Source of the DNA: Geosiphon pyriformis uo1
Lineage: Eukaryota; Fungi; Glomeromycota
Length of the DNA: 64,000 nt
NCBI GenBank assembly: GCA_016748015.1
Contig: JAAOMT010000521.1
Location: 94,907 to 158,906 of the forward strand
Reading direction: 5' to 3'
Positions 37,960 through 49,974 of this stretch are shown here, piece by piece; within the stretch, counting starts at the first letter, position 1, and each line of letters begins with the position of its first letter. A program made the translations under genes and the position numbers. Below the pieces are notes generated by a model, which searched no databases, was not told the DNA's origin, and worked only from the letters and a program-made list of their open reading frames with translations.

Positions 37960-39498
37960 TCAATTGTATTTCTCTTTTAACAGATCATTAGTTTCGAGGT
38001 TTCCACAATAATTCATATTTTTTTGAAAATATGGACCATAACGAAAGTCATTTGGTTTTCCGAATTTCTTATGCTGAGTTGTAAAGTCAAACGCGTGATT
38101 ACGAGCATTGCATTCCTAAAAATTGGTTAAATGTTAATCTTAAACATTTATCATTTTCTGAAAATATAAGATATTTTGAGGATTGTACCGGATGTTCGTC
38201 CAATGAATGGGTGTTATAACATTCATATACAAGTGAAGAGGCGCTTTGAGGGCATTCACAAAACATTTCTTGGGAAACTGAATTTTTTTGAAGTTCGATC
38301 CAAAATTCAGGTTGAAAGTGTTTGTATTCTTCATATATTGTGGGAAGGTTGCTCGGTCTTTCGGATTCATCATCCCATTTAGAAAATTTTCTTATCCCTC
38401 GTAGTGGCAAATTAGGTAGCCAATCATCTTCAAGAGTTACACGATATATCTTGATTTTTTAAAATGAATTCAATTCAATTCAATTCAATTCAATTCAATC
38501 AAAACTTTTTAGCAAGCTTCTTTTAATATTATTCACAAAAAATAAATCTTTTTTACCTTTAGTTTGGATCGAGCGTAAGCGACAAAAATCTCATTTCCCA
38601 TTCTTGGTTGACCAAAAGTAACAACTATTGGTCTCTCTTCTGGTTTATACTTTTTTAAAAATGCAAGAGCAGCAAAGATTGCATAAGCTGATTTGCATGA
38701 GAGATGTAAATGTAGAAATTAAATTTTTGCATTTTCTTAAATTCATGATTTCATTTAGTAAATTAAAATTTACGACTGCTCTCGCCAAATCCAGTGAATT
38801 CAAAATTAGAAAATTTGGATTCCTTTTGAAGACGACGAAAAAATTTTGTTTCAAGATATTTTTGCCATCTGTGATAGTAGTTTGCAGCAACCCAGGCACC
38901 GAATACATCTGGGAACTGAACGACTGTATATAATTGCCATGAAGTCTTCAACAACGTTTGCATATGATTGATTTTATAATCTGCGAAGCTAAATGTGATC
39001 TTTGAATGACCATGGGCGAACAAAAATAAATCAAATTTACGGCTGTCTGTTTCAAATAACATCTTGAGATGATTAGAGATGTTCAATCTTTAAATTTTTA
39101 GCGAAAAAAAAACTAAATGTTCACCTTTATTTAAAGAATGTACTTGCTGCAAAAGACAATGTGCTTTTCAAGCTAAATTTGCTTTGTTAATAAGTAACTC
39201 TAATATGTTTTTACTATTGATTAAAATTTTCATAAAAAAAGGACCAAAATTATTATTTCTCTTTTTTAAAATGAAATTATCTAATTTAATTTGAGCTATT
39301 TTTTATTGAAACTTGATGATGGTCTATTAGATTATTTTTGATTTCCAATATCTTTTGAGAAGGATGAGAATAATTAATTTTCGTGTTATTCTGTATTAAA
39401 TGATCCAACGAAAAATTTTCATCTAACCATAAAAAGGATTTAAAAAGAGTCAAAAAAAGGGTTGCAATGATTTGTGCAAAGAAAAAGCTTTTAACCAT
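37960..39498 (-). pseudogene. Secreted class-3 lipase-like gene, multi-exon, lesions in first exon
   Basis: Leader MVKSFFFAQIIATLFL; ANLA*KAHC (TGG>TGA); FEFTGFGESS|YAIFAAL..VVTFGQPRMGN|IYRVTLEDDWLPNLP..KHFQPEFWI..DEHP|ECNARN..RYGPYF; GT-AG introns; stop at 37960. Confidence 0.8.
38467..38499. repeat. (AATTC)n microsatellite in intron
   Basis: About 6 copies of aattc. Confidence 0.85.
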
Positions 39499-39812
39499 AT
39501 TTCTAAATTTATTACCCATCAAAGTTTTTTCTTTCCGTCAATTTTCAGAATTTATTGTGCTTATATAATTGAAAAGAGTTGGTCAATTATATACACAATT
39601 ATTCACACTTTTGTTTAAAAGCTTGACAAATTCAAGAACATTCCAAATTTAAAAATTTTGTGTTGTTGAAACATGGATTTATTTGTTTTGAAAATTGTAT
39701 CTTTTGTTTTCATTCCTAGATTAAATTTCAAGTTTTTAAAGTTTATCCGATAATAAGAATATAAATCATACATAGGATGCTAGTCAGGGAAGAAATACGT
39801 GCAATTTTGAAA

Positions 39813-41396
39813 ATGATTTATTTAACGAAACATAATTGGTTAAAAATATTCCTTAAAATATTATCATTCTTTTCATATTTGAATCCAACTTCTTTTTTTT
39901 ATGTGTTCTCTAAAAGTGAACTTATTACACTTGATAATGATCAAATCCTTTTACATTCGCAAAAAGAGAGAAATTTTCTTGAATCACTCCAAAATAAAAC
40001 TGAAAATGAGTTTCAAATCTCGTCGTCTTATTCAAAACAGAAAAAGATTTCAATCCAAAAAAGAAATAATATATTTTTCACTAATACTCAGGCTTTTACT
40101 ATGTCAGCAAATAGCCTTGATGATACGATTATTACAATGAGAAGAACTGATAACGTAGATGTAACCTTTGTAAAAGAGCGAGTTAGGGACAAAAATATTT
40201 TGCATGAAATATCCTCAAGTGCAAATTTAGCATGGAAAGCATCTTGTCAAATTGTTTTTAGAGCTAGTCATTATCATTATTTATCAGGTCGTGGGAAAGA
40301 CCAAGTATTAGGTGAGTAATATATACATTTTTAGTTGATTAAGTTCTAAGGGTGAAAAAAATATAAAGTGAAAAAAGAGTAATCCCAATTTCTCGAATTA
40401 ATATTTTAACAGTAATATTTTCAAAGGCATTTATCGCTTTTGGTGGTTTTGAGAATGATTTTAATTATACAGTAATTCATACGACCAATGATAGATGGGA
40501 TGTCATTCCATACCCACACGTAGAGAATGGGTTTGTTTCTAAAGATTTTTATAAACGTTGGGAATATGTTGCAAAAGAATTTTGGAAAAAATTTGAAAGA
40601 TTTGAAAAGCAAGAAATAGGGAAAAATTATACATTTACGGGTTTCGGTGTCGGAGCTGGTAAATCAAGTCTATATTTTGGCTGAAAAAAAACTTTGAAAA
40701 AAATTACTGATATAAATTTTTTTAAAAATATTTAGTGATCGCGGTATTTGCTGCACTTGAATATAAAATGAAGTACCAATCTTCTCCAGTAAATCTTATT
40801 ACTTTTGGCCAACCACGAATTGGAAATGAATTATTCGTTCATCATACCACAGAAATCTTGTCTAAAGCTTGGAGGGTAACTCATGGTGATGATTGGGTGC
40901 CTAATTTTCCGGCTGATGGCTTTCATCGTGTAAAACAGACGACTTCAAGTAAATCAGAAAGACCTCGCAGGATTCTATTTAGACACTTGCCAGAAGAATT
41001 TTGGATAGAGCCAATCTCATGTGATTGTCCAAAGCCGAAAATTTTTTTGTGCTATCATACGGCCACTTTATATGAAAATGAGGTAGTTCTTTGTTCGAAT
41101 GTTTTATTTATCAAAAAAATTTTCGAATTTTTATTAATCTTAATTGAAAACCTTTTTAGAATTGTAATGCACGAAATCATTTTAACAGGGCCACATATCC
41201 AGGTATAAATGAAAGAGATTCGCTAAAAATGTATAGAGAATCGCACCCTGATGATGAACATTTAGGTCCATATTTTGGTCGCACCATGTGTCCTTTCCCC
41301 ATCAAAGAAAAGTCCGAAGAAAAGCCGAAAAATAAGAAAACTCGGGAGAGAGAAAAAGACCCAATAACCTTTAAGGAACTTTTTTTTGGGAACTGA
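39813..41396 (+). CDS. Secreted class-3 lipase-like protein lacking the catalytic Ser; 4 exons (39813-40311, 40413-40658, 40736-41082, 41160-41396), ~440 aa
   Basis: GT-AG splicing gives one open frame: YTFTGFGVGAVIAVFAAL, ITFGQPRIGN, RVTHGDDWVPNFP, RHLPEEFWI, ENENCN, EHLGPYFG; hydrophobic N-terminus. Confidence 0.88.
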
Positions 41397-42449
41397 CTAG
41401 AATTTTTTTTAGATTGAAGACTAAAGAAATTATTTTTAAATATCAATGATCCTTCGGTACTCTTTTAATTTATCAAGTGTTCAATGGATCCTTAAAAGTT
41501 TTTTTAATTGAAAAGTATAAAAAAGGTATTGAACTATTTTTTTCAAAGTTTTCAAAAGGCTCTGAATTATAATAACTGACACATTGGAACGTTTTCAAAT
41601 AACTCTGTTATTTCTTTTAACATAGAAACACCTTTTAACTTAATTGATCTTGTGATACATCTTCTAAGAAAATAACTTTGTTCTTAATTGATTAGATGAT
41701 AATTCTAATGATTAATTGAGGATTGCCCGAGTGTCCTTGGAGATTATTTTTTTACTTGACTTAAAGTAGAATTTATCGTCTCTAAAATTAAATATGCAAA
41801 CTTTTGATTCTTGAAATTGAAAATCAATTGCTATAACTGTTCTTGGATGAAATTTTTTATCCGTCAAAATAAAAGCTTGTATATTTTGAGCAGAAATAAT
41901 GATATGATTGAATTAATTATAAAGGCAAATCCTCAAATAAATATGAGAATTTTTTCACCAAGAGCTTAAATTTACATGATTACTATACAAGCCGCGGATT
42001 TGAATAAAATTCAACGAGATCTAAACACTTTAAAATGACATTTAGCTTTGAATCTCAACCAATAGGCATATCAATGGGCTACACTCGAGAATTAAATTTT
42101 CTAAATAATATAATAATTTAAAGTTTTGAAATAAAAGTTTAATGCAAAGCTCAATACGATAGATATTTTAGATTTTATGATGTAAAAATTAGAATAAATA
42201 ATTTTTTACTGAAATTGAATTCAAAAGAATTTCAACGGCAATAATCTACAATTTATTTTTTGACCTCTTAAAAAGCATTAAAAATGAGACAATTTTTTAA
42301 GTGTTTGAAAATAACATCCAAATTTTGATATAGACGTTTTCGTTTGTACTCTTTGGATTTTTTTCAGCGTGATAACTTATTCAAATGTTATTTTAAACCA
42401 AACCAATGTTATTTTATCGCTTCTTTTGAACGATAATAGCATGATCTAA

Positions 42450-42830
42450 AAATAACATCCGGATGTATATTTCCTCATTCCTCTCCTTTCACTCTTTAGT
42501 GTGCCGTCCCTATTATAATAGTAGTATCTAAGTTTATACTGCGCATCTATGTTTGTTTGTTTCTTCCTTCCTTCAGCTGTTTTAATTACCATTTCTCAAA
42601 GTTTTTACTAATGCCATCCCCGTTATAATACCAAGAAGCTCCAAGTTTATATTGAACATTTACATTTCCTTGTTTCACTGCTTTTAATAGAGCATTTCAG
42701 TAAAGAACCGAAATTTGTGATGAGTTATCAGAATTGAAAGTGTTGCTCTTGTTGTTGATTAAGGGTATTATTATGCCAGAATTCATTGAAAGATTTTTTA
42801 AATCACTGGCAGGATTTGAATTCCATCCAA
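42450..42830 (-). pseudogene. SEL1-repeat gene fragment
   Basis: KAVKQGNVNVQYKLGASWYYNGDGISKNFEKW* and DAQYKLRYYYYNRDGT. Confidence 0.6.
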
Positions 42831-43475
42831 TTTTCGCAAGCCGTTCCTCCCTTTAATGTATAACTTGCGTGCAATGTTTCAAAAATAAAAAACATAATAT
42901 TTATGCTTCCGGATTTTTTATGAGAATTGACAAGTGATCATAGCAATTCAAGGATATTGAAGGCATTTAATTTTTTATTTTTGTCATTATTATCGTTAAT
43001 AATTGATAAAGATTCTATTCAATATTAATTTCAATTAAGTAGTTTAACAATAATATTTTTAATAAGCTACAAATTTACAAGAATTGTAAAAAATTTTCAT
43101 ATTAAAATTGTTTATCTTTAAACTAGAACCCTAATCAGATTTTTTAACATTATAAACATGATTGTATTTTTGGAATAATTTATCAGCATGAATAAATTTT
43201 ACTTAAAGCATCATAGTTCATTTTTTTGCATAAACAATTTTTGAGTAAATTATAGAAAAAAAGATTCAATCAAAATTGAATTGACAAAAAATTCCACTAA
43301 CAAATTTGCTAAGTTTGGAATTTCCAGCTTTGCCATCTCTAAGGAAAAAATCTATATATATTACAAATTTAATAATAATCAATAAGTAATCCAAAATTAT
43401 ATACATAATTGAAACCATATAGATTTACTTTACAATGTTTTAATTTAAAACCAAAAATTTTGCTCATGTCATCAA

Positions 43476-45480
43476 TTCTCAAGCCAGCTTAGACTATACT
43501 ATACTAATATAATAAAAAAAATTACCCAAAAAAGACATTTTTTGAACTACTTTAAATAAAATAACACCACAAAAAACCAATTCAACCAGTTATTTAGCTG
43601 TCTTCAAAAGATTAGTCTTTACTTTAACAGATTCATGAATCCAAAGTAATATTAAATTAAAAAATGTTTTATTGTTAACAACAACTTAATTCACAAAATC
43701 ACCAAATATGTCAACATTATTTATGCAACATTTTTTTTTTAATAATACCATTTTTCTCTCCAACTTATTAACAATCTTATTAAAAGCATGCAGATATATC
43801 ATAAGTTTATTAATCTTAAAACTAAAAATACTGCTCAAAACGAAATCATTTTTAATAAATTGTTTAAATACAATTACCAAGAAACTAACAGATTCAACAA
43901 TAGATCTAATCAAAATGATTAACTTGACCAAATCAGATTCCAAAAAAGCCAACTAAAAAGAAACCAAAAAATTACTAACAACTACAAAAAAAAAAGCAAA
44001 CACTGCCAAAAGAAGAAAATTAAGAATACTTAAAAGAACAAAAGCCTTAATATAAGATTTGACATTTATAAAATGAGGTGCAAATATCTTGGAAATTTTG
44101 AGAAAAGAAAATAGAAATATCTTGTAGTTTACAGCCAAATGATTTATTTTTTAACACTTAAAACAATGTCAACAAATAGAGATTTCTTATTAGATATGGC
44201 ACTTTTTTAGTATACTAATTTTAACTACTATTATATCTAATTTAGCTTAAAATTTAAACATAATAAAAACAAACCAGAAATAACAACCAGAATTAGAAAA
44301 GTGAGAAATAAAACATATTTAACCACTAACTTAAGAAATTATATCACTAATTTTAAAAACAGTACAGCCAGAAAAAAGGTTAATCAACTTGGTTTTAAAT
44401 TTATTATAAAACAAAATAGTTTTTTTTTAATTTATCAAAGAAAAAATCCTAATATTATTCTTATTTACTAATACTAATCAATAATTTAAAACAAACACAG
44501 TAGTATTTAGCTCTTTAAAATAAACAACAACAGCAAAAAAAAACCAGTTTTAAAAACCACCAAAAACTTGGTGATTTTAAGAATAGTTAGGCAAACAAAG
44601 CTTATAAATTCAACCAAAAAAGCAATTTTTAAAGACTTTTAAAAAAGAAACTCTATATAAAAGAGTTTTACATTCAAAAAACCATGTACAAACTGAAAAA
44701 CAGTCTTAATATAAGCCAATTTAATTTGAAAAGTTGTATCAGACATCAAAATAGAAACTATTTATTTAATAAATCTTTAATAACTAGTAATAATTTCTCA
44801 AATATCATTAGCAATAGCACTAAAAATCAAAAAAAAACAATATTAAATCAGTTTTTATTTAGTCAGCTTAGTTTTTAAGAACAGGTAGCTTAACAAAAAA
44901 TTGTTGTTTTGTTTCTAAAACCAATAAAAATTTGCCAAAAAATATTATATTTAACAATATAGCCAATAGTTAATCTTGGCTTATTTTATATGACATATTA
45001 GATAATATAATAGAGATCATATCCAAAATTTCATATAAAACCACAAAAAAATTCAATATAACAATAATAAAAGCAAGCAATTGCTCTTGTTTTTTGGAAT
45101 TTTTGGTCTTTCTGGCCATTTTCAAGAAAGTAATACTAGTAGTATCATATATAATAGCAATAGTTAAAAAAACAGCTTGTTAACTGGTCTACTATTAAAA
45201 ACTTTTAAGCTCTTAGTAAAAATAAAGAAAACACTAAAACTAATCTAAATGTGTTTCTTTAAAAAAACTTTAATTGGTAAAAAACCAATTAAAAATAAAA
45301 AAAATGCTTTAGCAGCTATTAAAAACAGTTTTTTATTACTATTATTTAAGAAAAAAGTTTTTAAAATATTCTGCTTAACTGTTTTTATAATAGAGAAAAC
45401 TTCTCTAGTTAAAATTTTATTAGATATTTTAGAAAAAATATCAGAAACAGCTTTTTTACTTTTTGTTTTGATCATGATTA
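43476..45480 (-). mobile_element. ORF1-only non-LTR element, copy A (3' tail truncated)
   Basis: Start MIKTKSKKAVSDIFSKISNK and distal VVFKQFI..KINKL..KLERKMVLLKKKCC segments are homologous to copies B and C. Confidence 0.75.
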
Positions 45481-46733
45481 TAAATTTAAAAAGACAAAAA
45501 AAATTATTATTTATCTTGTTTTTAGATTTGTTAAACTTTTATTTAACTTTAAAATTTGTTTTGTTTAATAAAAAAAGCTTAAATATTAATAATTCTATAA
45601 TTCTATAATTAAAAAAAATTTTAACTAATATTTATTTAATAAAACTGCCCAAAAAATATTGTTAAAAATATTGTTTAATTAAATATTAATTGTTTATAAT
45701 AAGTTTAATATGCTTTAAAAAAATAATTTTTTGACATTAAATATATTTATATTTTTACCAATTTTTGCAGCAAAATTAATTGTAAAAATATTTTAGAAAA
45801 AAACTATAAGTTATAATTGGTTTTATAAAACATTTATGAAATATATAATTTGATTAATTAATTTTATTTTTAGACTAATTTATATAAAATTAAAATATTT
45901 AACAAATTTATCAAGTTTTTAAATAGTATTTATAATAACAAGTTTAATTATATTATAACTGATTTTGAATTAACAAAAAATTACAAAATTTATAATAATT
46001 TGAATCAGAATATTGTTTTTTTTCTCATAATAAATTTTTTATGATTTTTTTGGTGTAAATATTTTTTTAAATATTGCATTAATGCTAAATTTATAACCAA
46101 AACAAATTAAATAAAAGATTAAACCAATTTTATATTTTACTTAACTATTAGTGTTTTTGTTAATAATATAATTTAGATAAAGATCAATTAAATTACTATT
46201 TAATATATTGTTAATATTGTTAATAAATTTTTCAAAATTAATAATGTATTAATCAATATTAACAAAACTGTAATTATCTTAAATAATTAGCAAATTTTTA
46301 ATATGTTTTTGTTTATCAATAGTGTATTAATTGTAATTGTTAAAAAAGAAAAATATATAAATATTTTGGTATTTTTTGGTTTATAAATAGTTTTTTTAAG
46401 TTCAGTCTAATTAAAACTTATTTTAATATTAAAGTTTTTTGTTAATATAATTTTAAAAAAAATGATCTCAAAAAAACAGTTTTTATATTTTATAATTATT
46501 ATATTATAGTCAATAATAAATTACAAAATTTAATTTGGTTTTTTTTTAAAAATATGTATCAAAAATAAAATATGTTAATTTATAAAAATTTAAAGTTTAA
46601 AGCCAAAATTTTCTAAATAAAACTTTATATTATTTTTTTTATATAGTTTAAAATTTTTTAAATATATTTAATCTAAAAATAAGATAATATTATTGTAATT
46701 AAATAATATAGTTAACTTTTTGTTTTTAATTTT

Positions 46734-49500
46734 ATGACCACAATCAAAGCAAAGAGTAAAAAAGCTGCAACTAGTATTTTTTTTTTGGTATTTTATAAAA
46801 ATTCAATTAGAAAAATTTTCTCTGTTGTAGAAACAGTTAGGCAAAACGTTCTAAAAGTTTTTTCTTTATTTAGTAATCATAAAAAATTGTTTTTAATAGC
46901 TACTAAAACATTTTTCTCATTTTTGGCTTGTTTTTTTTTTCATAGTTTTTATATCTAGTGTTGTCAGTATTTTCTCTTCAAAAAAAATGGTCAAAAAGAC
47001 CAAAAGTTTAAAAAAATGAAGCAGTTACTTGCTTTTACTATTATTATACTGAATTTTTTGTAGTTTTTAATAAAATCTTAAATAAAATTACTGTTATATT
47101 ATTTAGCACATTGTTTAAGATAAACCAAAATTAATTATTAACTATATTGTCAAATGTAGTTTTTTTTAACAGATCATTACCAATTTTAGAAGCAAAATAA
47201 TAGTTTTTTATTAGATTATTTTTTCTTAAAAACTGAACTAATCAGATAGAAATTAATTCAATTTTTCTCTGGTTTTTGGTACTGATATTAATAATGCTTA
47301 AAAAATTATTGCTAGTTATCTAAGATTTTCTAAGTAAATAGTTTCCATTCTGATATTTAGTGTTATTTTTTAGATCAAATTAGCTTATATTAAAACTGTT
47401 TTTTAGTCTGTATATGGTTTTTTGAATATAAAGTCAATGTTAAAAGATTATATAAAGCTTTTCTGTATAGAGTTTGCTTTTCAAAAGTCTTTAAAAGCTG
47501 TCTTTTTAGTTGAATTTATAAGTTCTGTTTGTTTAACTATTTTTAAAATTGCCAAGTCTTTGATAATTTCTAAGTCTGGTTTTTTTTTGTTATTGTTGTA
47601 TTGTATAATATGTCTTTAAATATATTGTTACAAGTAATTATTTAGAGTATTAAGACAAATAACAAACCTATAATTTGGTGCTTAATAGCTAATAAAGTTG
47701 GTAATTTTGAAAGTTTTAGAGTTTAAAAATTTTGGTTGAGTCTTTTGTATAATAGACAAAGATTTAATTAATGATTTCTTTTGTAAATTTTTTTCTTTAG
47801 TGTAATAACCAGTTTATTTTAACAATTGTGTTTTTTTGGTAAATTATCTTTAAATTTCTATTCTTTTTTTACTAAACTATTCTTAACATTAAATACTTAG
47901 TGCTTATTTTCTTTAATCAATAAGTAAACAACAAAAAAATAAAACAAAAAAAAATAAGAAATTAGTATTTTATCAATAATTATAATTAAGAGCTATTGAT
48001 CCAAAGTAGTTAAATATTAAATTTTATTAATATGGAGTGTTGATAAAGTGAAATAGATTAATATTTCTTTAATTAAGTAATAATAACATGAATTTGATGA
48101 AAATAAATAATTTTATTAATATGGAAATAATTCTATTTCAAGTTATAGAAAACTATTTTTTAAAGGAAGAAATATTATTAAATTCGTTTGGAATAACTTT
48201 TTCTGCTTTTAATATTCTTATTATATATATATAATTTATGTTATATGAGATTTTTGAAAATTCTGCAATTCTCCAAAAAAATCTTAGAATTTTCTATTTT
48301 ACTATGCTTATTTCTGATTGGCTATTTTATTTATTATTATACTTCCTAATTTCTATGAATACTAGTGTCTGCTTTAAATTATTAGTTAGTTTTAATAAGT
48401 AAAAATAGTATTAGAATCCTCTTTTTAGTAAATTAAAATAAAACTATTATGTTTTATGATAGGTTTAAAACCAAGTTAGTCAATTTTTTTTTGGCTGTAC
48501 TGTTTTTAAGATTAGTAATATAATTTTTCAGATTGGTAATCAGATTTGTTTTATTTTTGCTTTTTTGATTCTGGTTATCATTTTTAGTTTGCTTTGGTTA
48601 TATTTGGTTTTCAAATGAATTTAGATACTGTTGTAATTAAAACTGATGCATTAAAAAGTGCTGTATCTAGTAAAAAATTTCTGATTGTCAACATTGTTTT
48701 AAGTATTAAGAAATAAGTTATCTGGCTGTGGATTATAAAATGTCTCTACTTTTTCCTTCTAAAACCTTCAAAATATTCACATATTATTTTGTAGACTCTA
48801 AGTTTTATGCTAAAACTTCTGTTTTTTTAAACTCTTCTGAGTTTATTTTTCTAATAATTTCTGCCTTTTTTTTGTTATTGTTAATAACTTTTTGGTGTTG
48901 TTTTGGTTGTTTTTTTTGGAATCTGATTTGGCCAAACTTTTTGTTTTGGTTGGATTAATTATTAAGCTTATTGGCTTTTTAGTTATTATATTTGAACAGT
49001 TTATTAAAAATAATTAGGTTTTAAACAGTGTTTTTAGCTTCAAAATTAATGAACTTATAATTTATCTAAATTTTTTTAACAAAATTGTTGGAAGTTAGAA
49101 AGAAAAGTGGTTTTATTAAGTAAAGAGTACTACATAAATAATGTTGACATATCTGATAATTCAAATTTTTTGGTTGATATTAACAATAATATATTTTCTA
49201 ATTTGATGTCTTTTTAAACATATGAGCTTAATAGTATTAAAACTAATTCTTTAAAAATAGCTGAATGATTAATTGAATTAGTTTCTTATAGTATTAGATT
49301 ATTTGATATAATTTAAAAGATATTAGCTTTAAGTAAGTTTACTTTTATTATAGTAATATAATATAATCTAAATTAGTTTGAGTAGTTAGTTATATATAAA
49401 AAATAGGTAAACTATATTTAGTACTAAAACACTTAGTTTGTTTTTAATTTCTAAATAATTGTTAAATCATATTTATTAAATCTTAATAATAATAATAAAA
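46734..49500 (+). mobile_element. ORF1-only non-LTR element, copy B (with ~0.7-kb unrelated insert at ~47630-48360)
   Basis: MTTIKAKSKKAATS..; decayed CCHC knuckle at ~48690-48740; 3' tail ..gttatatataaaaaataggtaaactatatttagtact..ttattaaa + A-rich end. Confidence 0.75.
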
Positions 49501-49974
49501 AATTATTGTTAGTTTTTATAAATATTTTAAAATTATTAATAAATTATTTAATTACTATTTTCTGAACTTATAAATTATAAACTAAATTTCTAAAATTTAT
49601 TGTAGTTTTCTATTAAGTTGAAAATTAATTTAATTAATAATTTTCTGATTAAAGTTATTAAAATTTTTTTAGATTACAAAATTATATTAACAAATTTTTG
49701 GTTTGTAACTTTTATTTTAGATATACTAAGTATAAAATTATATTATAATAATATTATTTTTTAATATGATTTTTATTAATTAATTTATTAATAAATAGGA
49801 TCAAATTTTTAATTAAAACATATATTATTAAAAAAAAAACTTGATTTTTACTAATAATTTATTGTAAAATTTGAATTTACATAATATAACTTATAATATT
49901 ATAATATTTTTTAAGAATTTAAACATAAAAGTTAATATTTTTTGGTTTTATTTATTTTAACTAAATTATAATTT

